Below, in pieces: positions 21,744 to 32,100 of a stretch of DNA of 64,000 bases. A program made the position numbers and the translations under genes. The stretch is from Cyanidioschyzon merolae (lineage: Eukaryota): the NCBI GenBank assembly GCA_000091205.1, contig AP006490.2; one strand, written 5' to 3'. The stretch's first letter is position 1; each line of letters starts with the position of its first letter. The notes beneath the pieces were generated by a model. That model made no database searches. It worked only from the letters and a program-made list of their open reading frames with translations, and was not told the DNA's origin.

Positions 21744-22231
21744 TCAAAAACCGGCTAGGTGCCGTCGAGTGCAAGCTCTGCCGCACCGTCCACCCCAGCG
21801 AGGCGAACTACCTCGTACACACTCGGGGGCGTCGTCACCGTCAGGCTGTGAAGCGTCGCGAAGAGCGCGACACCCTGCGACGACGCTTTCCCGAAACAGG
21901 AGTCGTCTCTGGGTCGGTTGTAAACACAAAACTCGAAAGCAGACGCTCGGAAGGAACCGAAGCAAGCCCGCATACACCAAAAGTCGAGTGCTGGCGTCTT
22001 CCGGGGAACGCGGGGTTTCGGATAGCCACAGAGCTGTCAGCAAGCGCGGACGTTGAGGTGCTGGTTACCCCGCAACCCAGACGTCTGGGTCAAGAGATCT
22101 GGCTGATTCCCGATGTCGCTTGTATGCGGCTTGAGCAGGGGAGTTTTGTGACACGCGTACGGACACGTAGGTTCCCGGTTTGCTCTGGTGCTGTGCGTTT
22201 CGAGGTGGATCTGTATGTGCGAAGAGACTAG
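21728..22231 (+). CDS. U1/matrin-type C2H2 zinc-finger protein with an SF3A2/Prp11-like N-terminus (167 aa)
   Basis: The N-terminus MDAYALKNRLGAVECKLCRTVHPSEANYLVHTRGRRHRQAVKRRE closely parallels the SF3A2 segment PYFMKNHLGSYECKLCLTLHNNEGSYLAHTQGKKHQ. The downstream part is divergent. Confidence 0.5.
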   Translation: MDAYALKNRLGAVECKLCRTVHPSEANYLVHTRGRRHRQAVKRREERDTLRRRFPETGVVSGSVVNTKLESRRSEGTEASPHTPKVECWRLPGNAGFRIATELSASADVEVLVTPQPRRLGQEIWLIPDVACMRLEQGSFVTRVRTRRFPVCSGAVRFEVDLYVRRD

Positions 22232-23294
22232 CGCGTGTTCCGTTCACTGCGCCTTGGGGTATGCATCGAGCGCATTCAGTATCGAAACGATGAGTTAAGC
22301 CAGCGAAAACGGCTTTTGTTTCGATGCGGAGGCATCTTACGTGCATACAACAGTGATTGCACCCAGGAGGGAATGAAGCATGGAGCGCTACAGCAGCAAC
22401 ATCTCCGATCATGCGACTGCTGTATGAGCTAGTTAGCGAAGGACGGACGCTCGCGTCTGCTGCACTGCTGTGGTTGTCGCTGACGTTGAGCCTTCAAAGG
22501 TGATGATGAGGCGGGAAGCGTTTCGGGTCCAGCGTTCGATAATGCGCTGGAGGTTGCGGGTACCTCGTCGCCTGTTTCCATGCTGTATGGAGTGGGCATC
22601 AGCTCAGAGGCTTCCAGTGGAGGCGCGTCATGGTTGCCTCTCCACTGCCACCTGTGGTTTTGTATGTATCGTAAGCATCGGCAACGAATGCAAACGAGTA
22701 CAACATGTCATAGAGTGTTTATGAGCATGCTCGCACCAAGAAGCAAGCAGGCCGTCCGACGCTGCGTTGCCTATAGCGATTGTCGGTGGCTGCGAACCAG
22801 TCCTCGCTGACGGATGCCTCGCGACTCTTGAATCCTGTTCTTCTACATCTCCGTTACAGAGCTGGCGTTTAGCTTGCCGAGTGCATATCCATTAGCACGT
22901 TTATCAGCTCCGTATCTCGAAAATGGAGAACGCAGTCATCTGGACTATGGACACCTGAGCGAAGGATACACAGCGGAACTCGGTACTGAGGAGAGCTCAG
23001 GCGCTTCAAAGGCTGCTGGTGACGATTGCCGCGCTCTGCAACCGAATCAAGGTTCGATTATCCCCGTTTGTCGTTCGTATCTGGAGGTATCCGGGTGAGC
23101 ACATTGAAAAGAGCGCAGCGCTTTGTAGATAAACACCTGCTATACCAGTTGCCAGGCGCGATGCTCCAGCGCGATCACTGCACATGTTTCGATGTGAAGG
23201 CGCACGAGGCTTTGATACCTGACCCAGCGATCTCGACCTGTGCACTACGTTCGAGATGCTAGCTTGCGCATTCCAGTGCATGCTTCAGCAAACC

Positions 23295-24245
23295 TCATAA
23301 TTTGGACGGTGCTAGCGAGACACCAGGTGGTAGCGCTCTGGGGTCCTTCGCGGTTGATGCCCACGGTTTGCGTGGAGGCCAGGCTCGCTCTGGCTCCACA
23401 TCTGGATCGCAGCGGTACTGGGAAAAGTCTCGGACACCGCGGGAGCGCAGGTAGTCTTCGTCGATGAGCGCACGACCGCTCAATGCGTTGCGCTCAGGGT
23501 CATGGAGAAGCATGTGGACGCAATCAGCGATAATGCTGGCTTTTCGCCATTGCGAGCGATCTCCGAGCTGGAAGTTCTTCGTCGCGAAAGACTCTACCAT
23601 CGTAGCTGGCCAAAGAGCCACCGAGGTGACGCCAGTGCCGGCAAGCTCGCCACCAAGCCCGTGAACCAGCATGGTCATTCCGAACTTGCTTATCAAATAC
23701 CCGGTCATTCCGGGAAGCGCGTCAAGCTCTACCGGCGGCGACATCGTTATAATGAGGCCGTTCTTTTGACGCACCATAGCGGGCAGAACTGCGCGGGCAC
23801 AGGCAAACGAGCCTCGGGCGTTGACACCATGGACGAGATCGAAGCGCTCGAGGGGCGTCTCGGCCACCGGTTTCCACCATAAAGCACCAGCGTTGCACAC
23901 CAGCACGTCGATTCGACCGAATCGCTGTAGCGTCTCGTGCACCATTCGCTCGATCCCTTGGTCGTCACGGACGTCAAGCGGGAACGGGAGAACCGCAGCA
24001 GCACCACGAGCCAGGCACTCGTCAGCGACGCTCTGCACTGTTCCAGGCAGGTTTGCACGAGACACCCGGCTCTTAGCCGCGAGTACGAGAACCATGCGGT
24101 CCCTCTCGGCAAGGGTCAAGGCGATAGCCCGACCTATCCCCCGGGATGCACCCGTTATGATAGCTACCGGCTGGCTCGAGCCGAACGATGCCTCTTTGGC
24201 TTGGAGCATCGCGCTGTTACGACTGTTGCGGGAGCTGTAAAACAA
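23295..24245 (-). CDS. Short-chain dehydrogenase/reductase, HSDL2-like, with a C-terminal SKL (peroxisomal PTS1)
   Basis: AIITGASRGIGRAIAL (TGxxxGxG), NAGALWW, and a catalytic YxxxK-like context (YLISKFGM). The ORF ends ...LAPSKL. Confidence 0.85.
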   Translation of the reverse strand: MFYSSRNSRNSAMLQAKEASFGSSQPVAIITGASRGIGRAIALTLAERDRMVLVLAAKSRVSRANLPGTVQSVADECLARGAAAVLPFPLDVRDDQGIERMVHETLQRFGRIDVLVCNAGALWWKPVAETPLERFDLVHGVNARGSFACARAVLPAMVRQKNGLIITMSPPVELDALPGMTGYLISKFGMTMLVHGLGGELAGTGVTSVALWPATMVESFATKNFQLGDRSQWRKASIIADCVHMLLHDPERNALSGRALIDEDYLRSRGVRDFSQYRCDPDVEPERAWPPRKPWASTAKDPRALPPGVSLAPSKL

Positions 24246-26554
24246 GGATTGTCGCCGACTTGCGTCTCCACTTCCGGAAACACACGAACGTCGTCCAGTC
24301 CCGACTTGGACGAAGCGCTCTTTCGAACCGAACGTGATACGTATGAAAGCGCTTTTGAACGGTATCCGGTGCCTGCACTTGCTTCAAGCCACGAACGGAA
24401 GCTGTTTTGGGATGCTTTGCACCCGTTCCGCCACGTCGGGAGATGTAGCTCGCCCAGCGCCACGCTTCTCGACGGGCTGCTTCCCACACGTGTACCCAGC
24501 TGACTGCGTTCGGTATGCTCCAGCATATCCTGGACAGTGGTGAAGCGGGTTCGCCAATGGACCCTGACGGTGAGGTGCGGAACAAGCGACACGCTCTCGG
24601 ATACCAGTGAGCGTCGTGCAGTGGGGAATCCCTGGTCATGGTAAACGATCCTCTATTCTCGGGAAAGATTCTAGCTGGTAGGCATTTAACCATGGCGCTT
24701 GCCATCGATGGGTGCAGTGAGAAAAACATCGAATCCTGCGAGTGAAGTCTTCTTTGCAGGCACGATACGCGTGTTCTGTGCTGAGATGCCCGCGTTTGCT
24801 GGTGCTATGTCCGGTGCTGGACTAGGATTCAACGCTTGGAAGCTCGTTTGGTGAATGAAACGCTCATTCTCGATAGTCAGACTGGAGCGTGATTCACGTG
24901 ACCCAGAGGTCTCCGAAGCACATGAGGGCTCGCTTCCCTGGGTATAGGCAGCGGTTGTATATCCCGGGCATTGCTGGTCAGATTCGTGGATCAATCATCA
25001 AAAGATATCTCGCCTTGACGCTATTTGGAAGCAGTGCTTCGCGCGGCTACCCGCACAGCATCGCGCCTGTGTTTTTGATCGACGGAACCCCCAGAGGAAC
25101 CGACGACGCGCTATTGTACGCGAAAGGTATCGACATAAGTGAAAACGCCCATCATGCCGCATCCGACCTCCAAGTTAAGCTAGTCACTGAACATGCTTCC
25201 CTTCGGAGTGCATGCCCAGTTCATATGTCACTCGGGGTGCTGTGTGCCTGCTGCTGTGCCCGGCAATGCACGGAGAGAAGACGCAGCGGCGGGTAGAATC
25301 GTGTGCATGAGCAATCTCGAAGAAACGAAATGCGCACTAGCAACTCGAGAACCTGGTGTTTGAATGGATATGGTGAGCGATGAAAGGGGAAAACATTCCC
25401 TGTATATTCGACCATTTACGTCTAAGAGGCAGGTCCTGCGAGCCGGATGAGTGTTCTGGGCCAGCGCTTTGTGTGCTTCTGCACTGGCGGGTGCTGAGCC
25501 AATACATGGCTGCTTGTCCGAAACGCATTTCATTCTGGGAATCGTAGCTGGTAAGCTGCGTAGGGGCGTCGCTATGGTCGCAGTGGACTCCTAGCACATC
25601 GCTTCGCGCCTCCACAGGCAGTGCTTCCGTATGCGCAGGATTCAGGCTCCCAGAATGATAATGCATCCCGATTTTGTGACTAGTGAAGCGTGCCTCGAGC
25701 CGACGCTCCCGAGAGTATTTCGAAGCCGTTTCGTCTCCGTACTGAATCCGCACCGGTTGTATGGGCGTTATTGCGGGTGCTCAAGACAGCCTCGGCAGTT
25801 TTTTGTCGCAGGAAATGACCAGAATCTCCGAGAACGAGTATAAATAATCTAACGTGGATGTAGCGTCAAGAATGATCTGCGCGTTCCTGGATGTCACTAT
25901 CCATCGCGGAATCTAGCATCCCTAGTCCATACAAGCATTCTGTCCAATAAACGATAATCTTCGATCAGCGCCGAGTACCCGCCTTGCGGAACCCGCAATA
26001 GCGCCTAATTCGCTGATGCAGGTGCATCATAGAGACAGGACGGCTTTGCCGTACCACAGAGGGCGTCGGCTCAAGCAATGCTTCACCTGAAACGGAGTCG
26101 GAGTACCTGATCATTCTGGGAGCCTCCAAATTGTACAGACAGACCGACTGCCTGCGGCAGCGCGAGGCGATGTATACTAGGAGAGCACCACGACCAGGAC
26201 GACGTCGAGACGGATTCTCCCCAATGCGAGCCCCAGAATATACTGCGTATCGGAGAGTCTGCTCAGATTTCACTACAACACCAGGCACTGGTGGCGGAGG
26301 CACATGAAGCACAAGTCTAGCAGAAACGTGCGGCTCGCGGCAACTTCCACCTAGACGGTAATCGTTCACCAATATGAAAACCTTTACCCCCTTTCAACGC
26401 TTATCATACAAGCCGAACGACATTGTTATCTCGTCACTAGTTAGCGCTTGCCTTCTCTTCTACCATGTATTCGAGCCTGCTTATCGATCCGGATGCTTCT
26501 GTGCTGTAGTAGCGCTGCATCCTTCGTCGCCGCTTCGCGGCGATCCTTCAAGCT

Positions 26555-28375
26555 TTGCAGCGAGCTTTGCAGGTACGGCGTGGCGTTGCGCTCGAGTATT
26601 TTGGTATCGTGACGATGTTTGTGGTGTCTGGACACACTACAGTAAAGAGCTTTCGAAAACCCTTGGTAGGTAGTCGCTATGCTGGTGCTCCCCTAGAAAG
26701 AAGACTCTGGAACAAACGAAAGTGCGCTCGGCTCTGGATGCAACAAACGAGTAGCGCGGGAACTGCCGGAACTGGAACGGCGGACGCTTCATCCACGGAC
26801 TCGAAACCAACCGCAGGGGTAGGTACGGTTGCCGTTTTTGGGGCAAGCGGTCGGACCGGTAAGCAGCTTCTGCGGCAACTCTGTTCACAGCGGGCTTGCC
26901 GCCAGGTACGAGCCATTGTACGTGACGCGAGTCGACTGCGGAGCGAGCTTGCATCCTGGAAGCAAGACCCGTCCCTCAGTGGTGTGCATGTTGACGTCAG
27001 GGCCGTTGGTGACTTAACCAGACTTGACTCCAATGCGTTGAGTGAACTCGTACGAAGTGCCGACGCGATCATATGGAGTGCGGGAGCTTCCGGTGGTCGT
27101 GACGGGTTCCAGACGTCGCCAGCTGCGCTCGATGAGGCCACGCTACAGCGTTTATGTAGTGTGCTCGCCACGGAGTCGACCGCAAACGGTGTGACATTCC
27201 GTTCTCCGGATGAAATGGTACGCGTGCTGGACTTTGGACGCGGGCCGCTAGTACCTGCAGCCTTCACAGCAGTTGACGACGTCATTATGGGTGGCCAGTC
27301 GAAAAGCAGCTTTCACTTCGACAGCAACGACTCGGTAGGGCTTTTCACAGGGCTCGTGACGACCGATGGAGGTGGTGGCTTCTGCCACGTTCGCTGCGAC
27401 GCGTCTGCGGTGATGCCAGCGGAGCGCTTCGGAGACGCACCTCTGGTCAACGTTGACGAAAACGGTCGAAGCGTCCCTCACTGGGACTTGGCGGCATACG
27501 ATGGTATCGCGCTAGTCGTACGCGGCGATGGACGTCGCTACAAAGTCAACCTCAAGACATCATCTGAGCCAGAATTGGTTTTCCAACAGGAGTTTGTGAC
27601 AAGTGATGACTTACCGCCGGGCACCTTCGAAACGCATTTCCTCCCGTTCGCGGACTTTGTTCCCGTACGACGCGGAGAGCCCGTGTACAGCACCGGCAGT
27701 GCGCAGTTATACGCCATGAAGCTTGATCCGAATCGTATCCGTTCTGTGGGGCTCGTCTACTCGAAAGTAGCCATCGGTGGTGGACCCGCCATCGACTTTA
27801 GACCCGGAAGGTTCCATCTGGCCTGTCGTCGCATCTGCGCATATCGTCAGGTGCCGCCACGCTTCCTTGCGTTGTCGTCGGCAGCGGTCACCCGTCCGTA
27901 CTGGCCACCGTTGAAACGCCAAGCGTACCCGGAGCTCGCGCAGGTACCGATTGTGAAGCTCAACCCCGCCGGAGTTCTTGGTCACAAACTCGCTGGCGAA
28001 GACGCTGTACGGACACTGGTGAGTCATCGCTCGAGTTTGGGAGCACCCTACGCTATCGTGCGGGCAGTGGGACTCAACGACGGCGATGATCCTGATTTTC
28101 CGGGAGCTGCCCAGGGCGAGCTACGGTTCGGCCAAGGTGATCTTATGGTTGGGAAAATCTCGCGGACGGTTCTGGCGGAGCTTCTTGTGAACCTGTTGAA
28201 TGAACCCGAAGGTTTCTGCAAGACCTTTGAAGTGAAGCAGGAACCCAAGACGATGTCGCGTAATGGCACAGGGGCATCCGCTGCAACGCTTTCGCTCGCG
28301 GAGAAACTGCGACAACTGCGTACCGACGTGGCGCGTGCCCTGAAGCCCTGGAACCCGCCTCCCTCGCTATCATGA
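26555..28375 (+). CDS. NAD(P)-binding (NmrA/TIC62-like) protein with an inserted CIA30 (complex I intermediate-associated protein 30-like) domain, 606 aa
   Basis: Rossmann motif VAVFGASGRTGKQLLRQL. CIA30-like segment FTAVDDVIMGGQSKSSFHF...GLFTGLVTTDGGGGFCHVRC. A second NAD-binding-domain half follows (AIVRAVGLNDGD...GELRFGQGDLMVGKISRTVLAELLV). The first 50 or so residues may lie upstream of the true start. Confidence 0.7.
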   Translation: MQRALQVRRGVALEYFGIVTMFVVSGHTTVKSFRKPLVGSRYAGAPLERRLWNKRKCARLWMQQTSSAGTAGTGTADASSTDSKPTAGVGTVAVFGASGRTGKQLLRQLCSQRACRQVRAIVRDASRLRSELASWKQDPSLSGVHVDVRAVGDLTRLDSNALSELVRSADAIIWSAGASGGRDGFQTSPAALDEATLQRLCSVLATESTANGVTFRSPDEMVRVLDFGRGPLVPAAFTAVDDVIMGGQSKSSFHFDSNDSVGLFTGLVTTDGGGGFCHVRCDASAVMPAERFGDAPLVNVDENGRSVPHWDLAAYDGIALVVRGDGRRYKVNLKTSSEPELVFQQEFVTSDDLPPGTFETHFLPFADFVPVRRGEPVYSTGSAQLYAMKLDPNRIRSVGLVYSKVAIGGGPAIDFRPGRFHLACRRICAYRQVPPRFLALSSAAVTRPYWPPLKRQAYPELAQVPIVKLNPAGVLGHKLAGEDAVRTLVSHRSSLGAPYAIVRAVGLNDGDDPDFPGAAQGELRFGQGDLMVGKISRTVLAELLVNLLNEPEGFCKTFEVKQEPKTMSRNGTGASAATLSLAEKLRQLRTDVARALKPWNPPPSLS

Positions 28376-28539
28376 GCGCAACTTTCGGGGGGCGCAGTAA
28401 AAACGCAGTTGCGTGTGGTGTGGTTTCTTTCCTCGGCGGCGGGTTTATGTCGGTGTAGAGCATTGTAAAGGTTTGGTAAGCATGAAGCGATAGGGCATCG
28501 AGTTGGCCTCGAAATGCGATCGTGAAAAGTCGTGAGACG

Positions 28540-28690
28540 TGTCGGCAAACGCTGTGGCGCCAGCGTAGCACGCGTGGTGACGAGAGCGAACCTAGTGGGG
28601 CAACCGCTCCTGATCGAGGTGTGCCAGGAGAAGCTGAAACCGATAGCATGCGGTCGGTCGAAAAACAAAAGGCTGGGAGGCGTCTCCATG
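28540..28690 (+). mobile_element. Solo fragment homologous to the 3' end / 3' noncoding block of the Fanzor-like element family
   Basis: ggggcaaccgctcctgatcgaggtgtgccaggagaagctgaaaccgatagcatgcggtcggtcgaaaaacaaaaggctgggaggcgtc aligns with the blocks at 34880-34976, 47590-47671 and revcomp 11820-11900. It ends in the shared GGGAGGCGTC. It lies in a convergent intergenic spacer. Confidence 0.5.
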
Positions 28691-29157
28691 TCGGTGCAGA
28701 GACGTGCACTCTATGGGTGTCACAGGGAGCGCATGCTGCTCGAAGGAGGCCGCTGTAGCGGAAAGCAACGCGTAACACCGGCAGTACGCGTGGTGCTTGA
28801 CGATGCAGGGATACACACACGGGGGCATGCTTGTGTCGAGGCCGCTTCGCATCCGAAAGCTAAGACAAAGACTGGTGCTGCGCTAGCGGACTAGGAAGAG
28901 AGAGACGGATTACCGCATCCGCGCGCTCCGAAAGGCAAACGTATTGCCGCAGAGACCTGCTGTCGTTCAAATCTCGCAAAGCAGGAAAGCCAGTATAGCG
29001 TATGGAAACAATGCTTGATCTGTGCGGTGAGTGTGCATCTCGACGCTGACCGCCGCAAAGGGGACTCGTGTACGACTCGTTGGGTGCAGCTGGCGCCGGC
29101 AACGGCATCACGCGACAGGTACCGTCACCAACACGGCCAAATCATTCGTCGAGCTGC

Positions 29158-32100
29158 TCAGCCGGGCTCAGATACGTTCGAGCGAAAGAATGCCCCCTTC
29201 GAGATCCAGGCTTTGACGCGTGCCCGCCGTCGCTCCCGGCACCGTCGGAGCAAATGACCCAACGCCTGCCCGTGTGCTATGCGGCTCGCTATACAGGCGA
29301 TATCCTCAAATGCAACGCATGCAGCGCAGGCGTCTGCATCGTTCTCTGGACTGGCGTGCCAAGTGGTGTAGGGCGTCGCGTCGACGACATGCGCATCCAG
29401 TGCGCTCTCGTAGCATCGATACTGGCAATGTTCAAAGTGAATGAGCGGATACACCGGGCTAATGCGTGCATCGGTGCCATTCGATGACCGCGAATCTAGT
29501 GCCAGACAACGAGGTGGATGCACTGCGTCCTCGTAGCGCAGCCTGATGACAAGGAGCGGTCCGTCCGGGTCGTCGGCAGCGTATGCGTACCGCTGCGCCT
29601 GGCGTATATCGCCGCCGCGCAGCGCACCCACGTACAGCAGGCGCAAGCCAGGTGCTGCGTCAAACGTATCGAACGGGGTTAGCGTTTCCAGCCCCGATAC
29701 CCGGATGCGTTGCCGAGGCCAGTGGACATATACGCGACGCGTGAACACACGAGCACCCAACTTGCCGTCAGTCTCGAGTGGAACGATATTCACACCGAAT
29801 TTGGCGGAGCCTAGTAGCCGCCACACCCCGGGCTGTGCAGATACCGGCACGACACAACAGAGACGCACGAGCGAGCCCTCGTATTTGGTTCGCAGGAGCT
29901 GTGCTAGGTCCAGTGGACAATCCCAAACCTCTACCTTGGCTAAATGTTTGCCCAGCGGGTCCGCCACGCCAAGCGTTAACAAGGAGCCTATTTTTGGCGG
30001 GAATTTGTCTACGTGTCCTGATGCGTGCACCGCATCCGTGCACGCATCGCTTTCGAGATGCTCAGGGTGCCCGCACGCAGACCAGGCGCCAGGCGTACGA
30101 GGCGCCGCATCTGGGCTCCACGAAAATATGGGTACAGGGCAGGCATGGAGTTGCCCGTGTTCAGCATCTGCGACGATCTGTGCGGTGTAGGTTGCGCTCA
30201 GAAGGTATCTTGGCTTTCCGGGGAGAGTTCCCGGCTGACGGGGTGAAACATAGGCCCCATTTTTGTCCAACTGTCGTTGTTGTTGGTGGTGGTGTAGCGT
30301 TTCCGCGACGAACCTTAGTGGATGGACTCGGTGCAGGACGACGTCCAGGGCGGGAACGGTGCCGCCCAAGGGATCGGTCTGTGGCAGGGTCACCGCCATC
30401 AATGCGGATTGCACACGACCTATTGCCTGATGAACGGAATCGCCGATACGTTTCATCGACCAGCGCTGCTTCTGGAACAGTGGCGCTGGATGGACGCTGT
30501 TCAGGGACAGGGTTAAAGAGATTCGCTCGATCTGTGCAGCCGCTGTACGGATGGAGCGCCTGCTGGCATGGTGCGGTGCCGCAGCGCTGCACTCTACCCG
30601 AGCCGCACCGATGTAAAGACAACCTGCCCTGGTCCATAGGCGATGAGGTGCAGAAACCGATCTGTAGCCAATCTGCGGTCGATATTGTAACGCTCGCTCC
30701 GTTGCTGCGAATACGCGCAGGTGATGCAGCCACGCTTCAACGGGCTGGGTACCTTTCGCAAAAACCAAGTAATGCCCGTCGCAAAGCAATAAGCATACAT
30801 GCTCAGTCTCGATGCTCGTTTCGCAATCGTAGCCTGGAACGAGGAGGAGTCTCATCGGGGGCAGATAACTAAAAGCGTCTGGAGCTCGAGCAATCGCTTC
30901 AAACATGGAACTAGAGCGTTGCTGTTCCATGCGACGATGGCAACGCCAGAAGCGCCCGATGAGTTGATACAGCACTTGCCATACGGTTAAGACGCGACCG
31001 AATAGTGCTTGCGGCACAGCGAGCTCTATGAGACTCATCTCGTAAATAATCAAGCACCAGTAACGACGAAACCAAGCAAGGGAACCTACTCGATTGACAA
31101 CCTGGGAGGCATTAACAGTCGGCTCGAAATCTTGCTGAGACACCAGCCAAAAGGTGTCCGTTGGATCCGGCTTTGGGTTTTCTTGAACGGTATCGTCAAC
31201 GCAGAAGAAACAGAAGAAATCCCACGCATCTAGGACTGCACCTTGGGCACGCAGTTTTGTAACAAGGCGCTCAGTGGCAGTGTCGTCGCGCCCAGTCGCA
31301 TGCAGCGACTCGAGTTTCGTGATCAGGGCATCCGCATCGTTGCGAGAGCACTTGAACCGGAAACGTATGCTTTCCCAGGGCGCAAACGCCGCACGAATCG
31401 CATGCACGGAAGGATGTTCCAGGTCGATATCACATGGAGGGCGCGGAAAACACTTTGGAACCAAAGCTGGCGACCAGTATCCCGTGCGGCGTGCCGCATC
31501 GCCGCGGAAGGCAGCATGTGCACCAGCCTTTGGGTCATGTTCAGGGCAGACAGGCAGTGACTGGATCTCTGGTGCATCCCCTGCTCCATGAGCATCGGTA
31601 CTTGTCTTGCTTCGATGGATGCTTGTCATTGGTGCCTCAGCCTTTGACGGTGGCGTGAAGCGTCGGGCCCGCGAACTGAGCGGTCTTGCAGGCGCTTCTA
31701 CCGAAGTCACGTCTGCAAACGGTGGTCGAGCGTGACAAACGGATATTCCATTGTCTTGATCGTTGATGTTTCCCGCCCGTTTCGAATTGTCCATGGAGCA
31801 CGGCGGCCTTTTTCGTGGAAGATTACTATTTGAAGCGGGCCAGATGCATCGCTTGCTGGGAGCTGCGTATGCATTGACGCACGAGCTCGGGCCCATATGC
31901 GCTACTTGTGGCTCATTCATTCCACAATCAATAGACATAGATGAAGCGTCTTGGTTGCGGAACTCGCATGGAAAAGCTCGCGAATTTGCAAACTCTTGCC
32001 GTATGTGACAATCCTCTATGGATTTGATCTCCGAAAACGGCGATGCATCACAAGCGACTGGTGGACGATTCTCTGCCTCCTCGCTAAAGAGTCGCGCGAC

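Noticed and set aside
29546-30872. Plus-strand ORFs of 214 and 364 aa
   Set aside because: They are antisense to the 1328-aa BRCA2-like ORF and are Arg/Pro/Ala-rich low complexity.
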